Shown here one piece after another: positions 9,270 to 18,640 of a stretch of 64,000 nt of DNA. The first letter of the stretch is position 1, and the number at the start of each line of letters is the position of its first letter. Location: positions 1 through 64,000 of the IMG/VR virus record IMGVR_UViG_3300028591_000014. The stretch is one strand, 5' to 3'. This DNA is from a virus. Lineage: Duplodnaviria; Caudoviricetes. The notes beneath the pieces are model-generated. The model was not told the origin of the DNA, did no database searches, and saw only the letters and a program-made list of their open reading frames with translations. The position numbers and the translations under genes were made by a program.

Positions 9270-9329
9270 GAGTGTAGAACAATGGATCTCCTTGCGAGTG
9301 CTGGTTCGACGCCAGCCTACACTCCACCA
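9270..9329 (+). ncRNA. Miniature tRNA-like RNA ending CCACCA
   Basis: GAGTGTAG/CTACACTC stem, T-arm GCTGG-TTCGACG-CCAGC, no D-stem, only a 3-bp middle stem. Confidence 0.7.
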
Positions 9330-9431
9330 ACCAATTACATACGCATAGAACAGCTATTAGGTAATTTTTTGTTTTAGTTGGTTAGTATTAAGTTTACAGC
9401 GGTAAACAACCCCCACAGCGGTGGGGGATTC

Positions 9432-9504
9432 GCTCCCATAGCTCAATGGATAGAGCAACAGATTTCTAATCTGTGGGTTATAGGTTCGAGTCCTATTGGG
9501 AGTA
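9432..9504 (+). tRNA. tRNA-Arg(TCT)
   Basis: Canonical cloverleaf; anticodon arm ACAGA-TTTCTAA-TCTGT. Confidence 0.92.
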
Positions 9505-9522
9505 CTAAATACCTTTATCAAA

Positions 9523-10008
9523 ATGAATACTGGATTTAGAGAAATGCTACGGGATAGATGTCCCGAAATAGTCTCCCTAGCCCTAAAATGGTGTAAGGCC
9601 AAAGAGAAATGGCTAGACTATGTGTACAAAGAACAGATTTGGATTCTCGCATCTAAGGAAGAGCGGTACAAACAAACCAAACTCATTCTTGGAATAAAGG
9701 ACGGGAAAAAGAATTTTGTTTTTCATGACACGATTGTGTGGGAAGGATTATCCGCCGACGAAGCCAAGTATTGGAAATTCGTCGAAGATTGGGTGAACTT
9801 CTTTGTGCGTAAGCATGCGTATATAGAAGATACGTATGTTTCCTCTAAAAAATCAGGTTGTTCAATAGAACAGTGTAAGTTAAATATAATGAACACTCAT
9901 CTAAAACAATTCTGCCCAACAACAACGGATACTCCGGAAGAAGCAGAAAAGAAATCTGATTTCGTGAATCGCCTTACAGACTATTTAATAGATTCTTTTG
10001 GCGTTTGA
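9523..10008 (+). CDS. Hypothetical protein
   Basis: ATG at 9523 after a TATCAAA leader. Confidence 0.7.
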   Translation: MNTGFREMLRDRCPEIVSLALKWCKAKEKWLDYVYKEQIWILASKEERYKQTKLILGIKDGKKNFVFHDTIVWEGLSADEAKYWKFVEDWVNFFVRKHAYIEDTYVSSKKSGCSIEQCKLNIMNTHLKQFCPTTTDTPEEAEKKSDFVNRLTDYLIDSFGV

Positions 10009-10447
10009 TAAGAATATGGTTAGTGTATTTTCCAATTATCTGCGTCCCCTGGTGGACGCGAATGTTATTACTCTCACGGGTGAAAAACCTAGTGAAGTAT
10101 TCGCTCAGTTACGTATCGCTTACAATCAAGGCGTAAAGGGGATTGAATATTGCACAAGGCTATTCTGCCCAAATTGCGAAGTTGACGATGAAGTATTTGA
10201 GTGTATACACAATAACGCAGAATTAATGACTGTTGTCAGATGGACTAATCGTAACATAACTGTACGATTGCATATGATATCATATAAAACTCTTGGTGTG
10301 AGCCTGAGAATTATTGACAGTATGCTTATAAAACTGAAGACAGCTGGCAAACTGCGTGAACGTGATTACTACGAGCTTCATCGCAATTTAACTACGAATG
10401 CGTCTTATCTTCACGGTCAAATAACACTCGAAGATTTGCCATTCTAG
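9998..10447 (+). CDS. Hypothetical protein (TAG stop)
   Basis: 149-aa ORF ending EDLPF. Confidence 0.65.
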   Translation: MAFDKNMVSVFSNYLRPLVDANVITLTGEKPSEVFAQLRIAYNQGVKGIEYCTRLFCPNCEVDDEVFECIHNNAELMTVVRWTNRNITVRLHMISYKTLGVSLRIIDSMLIKLKTAGKLRERDYYELHRNLTTNASYLHGQITLEDLPF

Positions 10448-10547
10448 CCCCGACAACCTAATCCGGATTGGTATTCCGGCGGGGCACTATGCAGCTGGTA
10501 TCTGTTACAGGAGTGACACCTTAATAACTACCTTAATTTGTTTGGTT

Positions 10548-11108
10548 ATGGAGAATCCTAGAATTACTGCTAAGGAAATCGCTTTAATCAAAGAAGCGCA
10601 AGCTGGCAATATGCTAGCTTTCAACAAGTTGTATTACCAATATCGTGATTTTGTATCACGCGTGCTAAATCAATACTTAAACGACGAAGATGAAGCCAAA
10701 GACTTAACAAATATAGTCTTTCTAAAGGTATACAACAAGCTCCATTTATTTGATTCTTATGAATCATTTGGTGGATGGATACGTATAATAGCAAATCGCA
10801 CAGCGTTGGATTATTTGCGTAAAGCGTCTAACCGACTTATGAAACCGGATGATGAAAGCATTAGACTGATGTCGGATTCTTCTGAGGGCGAAAACGAGTT
10901 TGATGTAGTCAATCGTGACTCGTATAAGCAAATACTTAAGGAGGTTGAAAACTTGCCAGATGCCGCTCGTAAGGCATTCAAGTTGTTTTATCTGAATAAT
11001 CTTACGACTGAGCAGATTAGCGAACGTCTCAAAATGCCAAAAGGCACCGTAAAGTCACATCTTTCACGCTCGAGACGTAAAATACAAAAAAAATTAATCA
11101 AAACTTAA
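10548..11108 (+). CDS. ECF-type sigma-70 factor
   Basis: Region 2 (AKDLTNIVFLKVY...GWIRIIANRTALDYLRK) and region 4 HTH (EQISERLKMPKGTVKSHLSRSRRKI). Confidence 0.92.
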   Translation: MENPRITAKEIALIKEAQAGNMLAFNKLYYQYRDFVSRVLNQYLNDEDEAKDLTNIVFLKVYNKLHLFDSYESFGGWIRIIANRTALDYLRKASNRLMKPDDESIRLMSDSSEGENEFDVVNRDSYKQILKEVENLPDAARKAFKLFYLNNLTTEQISERLKMPKGTVKSHLSRSRRKIQKKLIKT

Positions 11109-11111
11109 AAC

Positions 11112-11486
11112 ATGACTTTATTCTGGTTTCTACTAGGAATAGCTGTCATTATTGGTATCGCACGATACAATGAGAGTGATAAGCTGTTCTGGAGCCTCTT
11201 CGTCTCTCTTATTGGGACGTTTCTGGCAGTGTCTGTTGTATGCGCATACGTCAACAGCAAGAAGCAGAACAAAGTTGAGTACATCACATCAAATCCCACA
11301 CAGGTGCTGTATAGCGGGTCGCATATCTATGCATTGGCAGACCCGACTGTAACAGCCAATAACGGAGTCGCAGCTCCAGTCCCTGTGAGTAAGGATGACA
11401 TTATGATGTGTGTAATCGACAATGTTCTGAGTAAGGTCGTAGTGTCTGCACGCGACCAACCAACAATTATGTTCGACACGTCATGA
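11112..11486 (+). CDS. Membrane protein with two TM helices
   Basis: Two hydrophobic helices; starts 3 nt after the sigma gene. Confidence 0.7.
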   Translation: MTLFWFLLGIAVIIGIARYNESDKLFWSLFVSLIGTFLAVSVVCAYVNSKKQNKVEYITSNPTQVLYSGSHIYALADPTVTANNGVAAPVPVSKDDIMMCVIDNVLSKVVVSARDQPTIMFDTS

Positions 11487-11556
11487 AGGTTATAAACCTC
11501 CAATACCCAAAAGACAAACAATTAACACAGTAATTAACATTTAAACCGTTATCAAA

Positions 11557-12996
11557 ATGGGAAAAGATAAGAAAAACAAGCCTGCAGTTCAGGCACCCGT
11601 GCAGGAGGCTCCTGCAACAGAGGAGAAGACTAACGTAGTTAACGCCGGTTTTGTCCTCAAGTCCGTATCAGGTATGTCACCTGATGCGAAAGTGACGTAT
11701 TTTGCTACGTTGCACGATCGGTACGGAAAGGCTGAGAACCTTTCTGAGGACCTCAAGAACAATCCGCAGCTCGTTCATGGAATGAACACAATCGCCGACA
11801 TGGTTGGTGTAGCTATCGCTGTGGAAGAGTGTGTAACCAAGGGAACAATCCTTCAGGAGATTGTGAGCAAGAACGAGAAGGGTTACAATGCCCTGCGTCT
11901 TGTCGCTGATGGATTTGGAGTAGAACTCCCTGCCCCCAACTTGCTGCCGGCTCCTACAAAGGAGCAGAGTGCCCAGGCTGGACTTCCTGCTGGAACATCC
12001 GACGCTGGTGTGCTCAACATTGACCCCCAGAAGGTAGATGATGCTACCAAGAAGCAGATTCTTGCTGAGAAGAAGGTGGTCGACTCGAAGCCCGCGGAAT
12101 CTCCCGCTGATGTGAAGGATGAGAAGCAGCTCCAGGCATCTCTTCTGAACATCTTCATCAAGGGTGACCGTCCCGTTGCTCGTGCCAAGAAGGCCATCAA
12201 CTTCTACCGTGCTTATCTGAAGCTTCAGAACAAGGACAAGCAGGAAGAGCTGGACAAGATCGAGGCTATGTCCGACGCTAAGCTCCTGGGCGATGTGAAG
12301 GATATCGTCGGCGCGTGTCCTTACAAGGACAAGGGGATTAGCCAGCATCTTCGTAAGCTGGTCGCAACCACCGGTAGCCCCATTACGGCCTACAACCTTC
12401 TTCTTAGAAGCGCTCGCAATCGCAAGACTGGCGAGGTGGAGGCCACCAATGAACTTATTGCAGCCATATGCCGCGTATACGTCATCTGGTCTGCAGAGGC
12501 CACGATTGACGTTGCTAACGAGATTATTCACAGTGAAGAGCGTCAGCTGAAGAAGCTCGACGAGAAGAAGAACGCCGAAGCCATTGAGACCATCAACAAG
12601 AACATCGAAGCCAAGAAGGCTGACATCGAGTGGGCAAACGGCGTCATCGAGGCTGTTGTATCTCCCAACTCTGACCTGGTCGACAACCTGATCGACATGT
12701 ACAACGATGAGAACAACGAGTCTCACAACATTGCTGTCGTCGTGGTTGACGATATCCTCAAGACTTACTATCCTAACCAGGATATGACACAGTTTGAGGC
12801 CGAGTGTGTTGAGAACAATGCCAAGCAGTATGCTGGTATTATTACCAACATGTTCCGTGATCCCGCTTCTCAGCTCGCCAACTATTCCGAGGCCAACCTT
12901 GTTGAGCTCGTGAAGGTAGAGGCTGCCGAAGAGAAGACTGACGGTGATGCTGACAAGAAAGCACCCGAAGCCTCCGAGGAAGAGTCAAAAAAATAA
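11557..12996 (+). CDS. Large acidic hypothetical protein, probably highly expressed
   Basis: 479 aa, strong codon bias, leader shared with the 7143 gene. Confidence 0.8.
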   Translation: MGKDKKNKPAVQAPVQEAPATEEKTNVVNAGFVLKSVSGMSPDAKVTYFATLHDRYGKAENLSEDLKNNPQLVHGMNTIADMVGVAIAVEECVTKGTILQEIVSKNEKGYNALRLVADGFGVELPAPNLLPAPTKEQSAQAGLPAGTSDAGVLNIDPQKVDDATKKQILAEKKVVDSKPAESPADVKDEKQLQASLLNIFIKGDRPVARAKKAINFYRAYLKLQNKDKQEELDKIEAMSDAKLLGDVKDIVGACPYKDKGISQHLRKLVATTGSPITAYNLLLRSARNRKTGEVEATNELIAAICRVYVIWSAEATIDVANEIIHSEERQLKKLDEKKNAEAIETINKNIEAKKADIEWANGVIEAVVSPNSDLVDNLIDMYNDENNESHNIAVVVVDDILKTYYPNQDMTQFEAECVENNAKQYAGIITNMFRDPASQLANYSEANLVELVKVEAAEEKTDGDADKKAPEASEEESKK

Positions 12997-13091
12997 TGCT
13001 CTTGATTAACAAATGTTCGCAGTTAGTTAAGAGTATTAAAGACAGATGTTCACGGTGGCTATTTGGCGAACAAACTTAATGCTATCAAAGT

Positions 13092-13556
13092 ATGAAAGGA
13101 TTAACCACCATGTTCTGCTGTTTTGCATTTATGATATTTGGAGCCGGTCTTGCTTTGCAAGAACTATCTACTCCGAATACGCAGACAGCAATGGCATCGC
13201 CACCTGTATTTAATTACACTGGCAAATTGCCACTTGACCTCCAGTTGGATCTGGAGAAGAGACAAAAGACCGATACCGTTCATGTAATGGATACGGTCGT
13301 GAGAGAGAAAATAGTTAGTAAAATAAAGTACGTGAAAGTTCCGCAGCGGAAGCGTACGACCGACAGCATTATGGTAATGCCCATACCTGGGCCGATACCT
13401 GATGCGTCTGTTAACAACAGTATTGCGGGGGATCGTGAGGAGCATACCCCAGATGAGCTGCAAAGTTCTAAGCAGAGCAGCATAACCTTGACTGTCGACG
13501 GTCAGATTGTTTACTCATCTGAAAACGATATTCACTCCACGGAGGACCGGCAGTGA
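13092..13556 (+). CDS. Exported or membrane-anchored hypothetical protein
   Basis: Signal-like N-terminus; DTVHVMDTVVRE motif. Confidence 0.65.
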   Translation: MKGLTTMFCCFAFMIFGAGLALQELSTPNTQTAMASPPVFNYTGKLPLDLQLDLEKRQKTDTVHVMDTVVREKIVSKIKYVKVPQRKRTTDSIMVMPIPGPIPDASVNNSIAGDREEHTPDELQSSKQSSITLTVDGQIVYSSENDIHSTEDRQ

Positions 13557-15600
13557 GGATTCACTGCTGGTCCAGCCTAGGGCAATCCGCTTAGTTCCAC
13601 GTCAACAGTCTCATTAGCTGGGAACGAAATCATTTACTTGATCCGAGAATATGTATACCTGTCTCCGCAGGTTGAGATATCAAAAGGTAGGATGGAAGAC
13701 ATATAAGTGTGAAAAGCTTACGTGTATTAGGGAGAGCGTTTATTCAACCCTATTCTGGTCCCTGAGAACCGTCTGGTGAGGGCAGTCAAGAGAAGACGCA
13801 CACAAGTTGTAAACGAATACGTATCGGACATGCAGCCTTTCGAGAGAAACATAGAGGTTCTGTATAACGTAACACGAGTTGAACAGTATAGTACGCCAAA
13901 AACTATGCTGATGTTTCATTTGCTTAGCCTAGTGTCACTGGTCTCCAAAACCAGCATTGAGGGGTGAAAACTATCTGAGCATAATACCAAGTAGATGGGT
14001 TATAATATCTACGCCGTACCGTAACTACGGTCCTTGAAGAAATCCTTTCAGTTTCGATTACTGAATGACCATCTTTGAGGCTACGGTCCCACTGGGTCAC
14101 CGGGGATGGGGTACTGAGGAAAATGTGATGAAGATGACCGCCAGGCTTTGGTCGTTTATGCGGTATATAAAAGTAAAATGACTAGCAGCTCGATGCAGGA
14201 GCTGAAGGGTTAAAAGCCCGCCATACCACTAAGGATGGTCGCGATGCGAGTCCGCGTTCAAAGACTGACATAACTTTAGTAGAGCCCTTTAGCAAGGTAA
14301 TCGCTATAGAATTGCAACTACGTAAAGAAGAAATGCTGCGTAGTAGATGGTTCCTTGACAGCCAAACAATTGCAGGAAAAAAGGTGGTCGATTCGAAGAC
14401 TATACATCCAGTATAGAGGGAGATCGCTGCCTAGTTAAGGTAAAAAATAATATGGTGTTCACCTATGTTACTTTAAGTATCAACCCTGGGGAGTAGTAAA
14501 CCTAAAGGAGATAATGATGTATCGTACTCTGAACTAGATAGCCATATGAAGATATACTGATAACTAAACAACAAAAAAGAGTTAATTAACATGTATAATA
14601 AAATTGATGTCCCTTGGCTGGGAGAAAATAATGTTGTATATCAACGAAAGACTCCGTTTGTAATGTATGTGAGTGCTTTCACGCCAAGAAGTCGAGTGCC
14701 AACCGTTCCTGAGAAGCAAATTGACAAGATGAATCCAGTTTGAATATGTGACGGCAAATCCATATGATCGGCTGAGACCATGAAGTCATATACATTTAAT
14801 CGATGGGCAGCCATATCGTAGCCACAAGTTTTACAGTTACACACTGAAATATCAGTGTAGGTACATCACTATCTCCTGTCTCGAGATGTGTGATAAGCAA
14901 GATATGGTGGGTGACAAGAAGCGATGTATGAGGTGGAATTCCTCCAGTATTCGCGCACTATAAACAGAAGACAGCAGTAAAGCTGAATGCACAACAAAAA
15001 ACCGTAGGGTCTGAGAAGAGTTATGGAGCTCTGAGACTGTCCGATAAAGAAACGTACTCCTTACGTAGAAACACGCAATTGTCGAAAACAGGAAACAAGC
15101 ACGTTCACGATGCTGTTAGGCTTGAGAAATAATCAGAATCGTTGTGAGTATTCTTAGTGTACTTGGAAAATGCATTAACAAGGATATTTCACTAAAACTT
15201 TTGCGGAAAACCCTATGAACATTAGTCGTTGAAATTCTGTCTTGAACACTAGTCAACGAAATTTTGTCAACGGGCAATTAAGATGTCGGCTTAACTGTCG
15301 ATAAATGTTTAACGAATAATTAACATATGCTTAGTATAAGTTTGGTATTTGGATATACCCATTCAGCGTTTAAAGTTTTAGGAACCATTGATGATGATGA
15401 GCATGGATGATCTTACCGTTAGATCCTCGTTATACGAGTTGAGCTTCATTTAAAGGAATATAGAAGTATAACTAATCGTCAATGAAAACGTGCTTCCCGT
15501 AAGCACAGCAACTGAAGAGAGAACTTTATAGGCAACATAACGATACCGAGAGCCTACTAGAGCCAGTGTATTTTCAATTTACATGGCAACGCCCGAGCCG
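13557..15600 (+). ncRNA. Candidate large structured ncRNA region (~2 kb)
   Basis: No convincing ORF; many hairpins, T-loop-like stems and an embedded tRNA-Trp-like arm; strand inferred from flanking genes. Confidence 0.5.
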
Positions 15601-15664
15601 AGAGGGCATAGTAACAATCGAAGTCGTTGGTTTATCAAAAACGATTTCAAAAAGGATTTCGAAA

Positions 15665-16288
15665 ATGAAAGAAACAAATGTAGAGAGCATGAATCAGTGC
15701 CGTGGAAGCGTAATTGCACTGAGTAAAATGATTCCCGTAGGTGCCCAGTTCTACACTGTAGGCATCGATAACCCCAAGGACTCTGTAGAGGATTGGAAGC
15801 AGCGCAAGAACATCGTATCTGCTAACCCAAAGAGCCCTGAGTTGTTCATCAACCGCCCACCGCAGGTGGTCAAGCTCCGTACTGAGAACGTCATCAGTCA
15901 GGAGTTTGCCGTAGACCAGTTTGGCAACAATTGTGTTGTGTTCAACCGCGGCACAAAGAGCGAGGCGACTGCTGCTATCGTAGCTGGTGAGACTGACTTC
16001 GGTCAGGCTACCGATGAGGCCATCAATGATGTAATTCATGGTGGACAGAACCGTATCTTTGCCGACGGCGTGAAGACGCTGACAATGGCAAACTCTGCCA
16101 ACAATGCCGAGCTTACTCGTTGGACCCAGATCCGCGATATGGCTCAGCGCTATATCGACTCTATCAAGAGCACCATTCAGGAGAATGTTGCCAAGGTAGA
16201 GCAGTACAACAAGAACGTAGAGGATACCACTCCAAAGGTGACCATCACCACTGGAGGCGGCCCCGTGGCTGTAACCGTAGGCGCATAG
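15665..16288 (+). CDS. Hypothetical protein (TAG-TAA tandem stop)
   Basis: ATG at 15665; biased codon use. Confidence 0.75.
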   Translation: MKETNVESMNQCRGSVIALSKMIPVGAQFYTVGIDNPKDSVEDWKQRKNIVSANPKSPELFINRPPQVVKLRTENVISQEFAVDQFGNNCVVFNRGTKSEATAAIVAGETDFGQATDEAINDVIHGGQNRIFADGVKTLTMANSANNAELTRWTQIRDMAQRYIDSIKSTIQENVAKVEQYNKNVEDTTPKVTITTGGGPVAVTVGA

Positions 16289-16291
16289 TAA

Positions 16292-16909
16292 ATGGAAAAC
16301 CGTGACCTTGAACAGGAAAACAAGGTTCCAGATTACATCGCACTACTTTGGAAAGAGCCAAAAATCCGTGAGAAAATTAGATCGCACCTCAAGCCTGAGG
16401 CGCGTTCCTATACAAAATGGGAGTTCGATGAGCGCCTTAACCGCATCTATATTGGAAAACATTCCTGGGGTGGTTTTGGTGGCTTTTGGAACCGATTGAT
16501 CAAGTGCTGTGACCATATCACACTGGATGATTTCTTCATCCAAGTATGGGACGCCTTGGTGGAAATGACGGCCGGAATGCCTGCGCATGAGGCTGTACTT
16601 GAAGGTCTTTCTCGTGAAGTACTCATAGAGGGTATTCGTAAGAAGGATACTGCTATACTACGACGTTTTATGGATGTTTGTGAGCATCTAACAAAGGATG
16701 GTTATTGGTCTGACCCAAAGCAACGTGTAAACAAGCGTTTGCAAGGTGAGGATTCTCATCAGGTCAACTATAAGTGTCCCTATGCCGATCGTGACGGCGT
16801 AGAGGTCGTAGTCGAACCGCGACGTAAGCCGCGCAAAGAAACACTTCGAGTCGTAGACTCAGTTGGTGATACATTTGAAGTAATTGATGTTCATTGGGTA
16901 GGTCGATAG
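16292..16909 (+). CDS. Hypothetical protein (TAG-TAA tandem stop)
   Basis: 205-aa ORF. Confidence 0.75.
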   Translation: MENRDLEQENKVPDYIALLWKEPKIREKIRSHLKPEARSYTKWEFDERLNRIYIGKHSWGGFGGFWNRLIKCCDHITLDDFFIQVWDALVEMTAGMPAHEAVLEGLSREVLIEGIRKKDTAILRRFMDVCEHLTKDGYWSDPKQRVNKRLQGEDSHQVNYKCPYADRDGVEVVVEPRRKPRKETLRVVDSVGDTFEVIDVHWVGR

Positions 16910-17184
16910 TAAACGATCAAGTCAATCCTCTGAGGGGGATATTATGGAGGTCGGAAGGCTGAAGTTATTTGTTGATTGTGTTACTTAGACAAATCTAATA
17001 ACATTGACGAAACGTTTGTATCCAAGAAACTTAATGAAGAGAGAGTTTTGCACTCTGCGGGGGGCTTTACGCTCTCTCTTCATTTCTATTAAATCTGTGA
17101 GGGTGTGATTCCGTCATGGATTACAGGTAGGTGATTACTCGAATTCAACTTTAATAACATGTCTAACTTAAATCAATAACGTAT

Positions 17185-17730
17185 ATGACGAAGAAATCAA
17201 TAAAGTTGAACGCTAGTAATATCATTAATATTAATAAGAATCTGGATCAGGAGATTACAAAGAACTGTCATATTATCCGTGTCGAGAACGTGATGTCCAA
17301 TAAGGCTATTAAGGCTGGTCAGGGTTCTGGTAAGGATTTGAAGGCTTTGTATAACTACATCCAGCAGCTGCGAGAGAAGCGAATCAAGATTAAGGGTATA
17401 AAGCAGTACCTCAATATGGGTATTACTACTTTTGATTATGAGGCCTTTAAGAAGACTAATTATTATGCTATCTTTGCAGCATGTGAGGCTAAGGAGACCA
17501 TTGCACAGTTGAAGATGATTCCTACACTTAATCCTACAACTAAGGCTCAGAAGGGCCTTAAGAATATGGCTAAGAAGGAGACATTCACCAGTGCTAAGAT
17601 TGCTCAGCTTATTCACGAGCAGCAGCTGCTTGCTAACAAGTACGATAAGATGTTGGAGGATTTCAACAACAACACGTCGATTGATATCACATCTGTTTCG
17701 GACGACTACGAGTTTGAGCTCGCTGCATAA
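17185..17730 (+). CDS. Hypothetical protein ending -FELAA
   Basis: 181-aa ORF. Confidence 0.75.
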   Translation: MTKKSIKLNASNIININKNLDQEITKNCHIIRVENVMSNKAIKAGQGSGKDLKALYNYIQQLREKRIKIKGIKQYLNMGITTFDYEAFKKTNYYAIFAACEAKETIAQLKMIPTLNPTTKAQKGLKNMAKKETFTSAKIAQLIHEQQLLANKYDKMLEDFNNNTSIDITSVSDDYEFELAA

Positions 17731-17840
17731 AATAATATTGATTAGAGTGTACTATGGACTTTTAGATGGGATCGATGCCTGTCCTAATCACAATGCCTAT
17801 ATGGCTAAGTTAACATGTATAACCTAAAAACATTATCAAA

Positions 17841-18611
17841 ATGAGTAGAAACAAATTTAAGGTGGAAACTGCTAATAATGGCCAGACCCCTAAGAACGAG
17901 ATAAAGCATCCTTTTATTTATAAGGAGCTGAACACAGTAGAGAAGACAAACGTGCCTACCGGCAAAGTGAAAACCGCAGAAGACGCAAAGAAGCGCCGTC
18001 AGGAACGGGAGAACAAGTATAAGAACTTCCGTATCAATGCTCTACTGAGACGAGCTGCACGACTGAACCTTCCTGAGGAGAACGTGCAGGAGTTAGTTGA
18101 AAAGTTGCGCGAGCAGCTTGATGCACCAAAATTGTACACCATACTCATAATGTACAACAAGAACAATGCCAAGATGATTGAGGAGATTATGCTCAATAAC
18201 AATATTGGCTGGCTCATGAGGTCCAATGAGCACATGTATGTGGAGGGAGACAAGGAGTTCCTCGACAAGATACGAGAACTGATGCCAGAAGGCACCAAAA
18301 TCCATCCATATACGAAAAAACTACCGCCTATTTTAAAGCCCACAGAGCCGCCGAAATGTCGTACGAAGACACTTACTAAGGCGGCCAAGAAAAAGGCCGC
18401 CAGTGAGGCTAAAAAGGCCCGAAAACAGGCTCTTGTAGAGCAGCATCTCAACCATAAGGAGCATGCTAAGATTCGCAAGGCCGAACACAACAAGAAGAAG
18501 CGTACTGAAGAGAAGCATAAGAAGCTTTTCGAGAAGAAGTTGACTAAGAAGGCAGAGACCGTCTCTATGAAGACTTCTAAAGACAGTAAGGTTCTTAAGA
18601 AAGCCGCATAA
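17841..18611 (+). CDS. Basic Lys-rich protein ending -LKKAA
   Basis: 256 aa with a K/A-rich C-terminus. Confidence 0.75.
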   Translation: MSRNKFKVETANNGQTPKNEIKHPFIYKELNTVEKTNVPTGKVKTAEDAKKRRQERENKYKNFRINALLRRAARLNLPEENVQELVEKLREQLDAPKLYTILIMYNKNNAKMIEEIMLNNNIGWLMRSNEHMYVEGDKEFLDKIRELMPEGTKIHPYTKKLPPILKPTEPPKCRTKTLTKAAKKKAASEAKKARKQALVEQHLNHKEHAKIRKAEHNKKKRTEEKHKKLFEKKLTKKAETVSMKTSKDSKVLKKAA

Positions 18612-18640
18612 CGTATGTTGAACGTAATACATAGAATAAT

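Noticed and set aside
9458-9474. tRNA at 9432 as an amber suppressor, because its loop contains CTA
   Set aside because: The 7-nt loop TTTCTAA puts TCT at positions 34-36, so it is tRNA-Arg; CTA is one base out of register
11677-12726. Long antisense ORFs (also 86..661, 17999..19060 and the + strand ORFs in the late arm)
   Set aside because: These are shadow ORFs opposite codon-biased real genes and have no recognisable motifs
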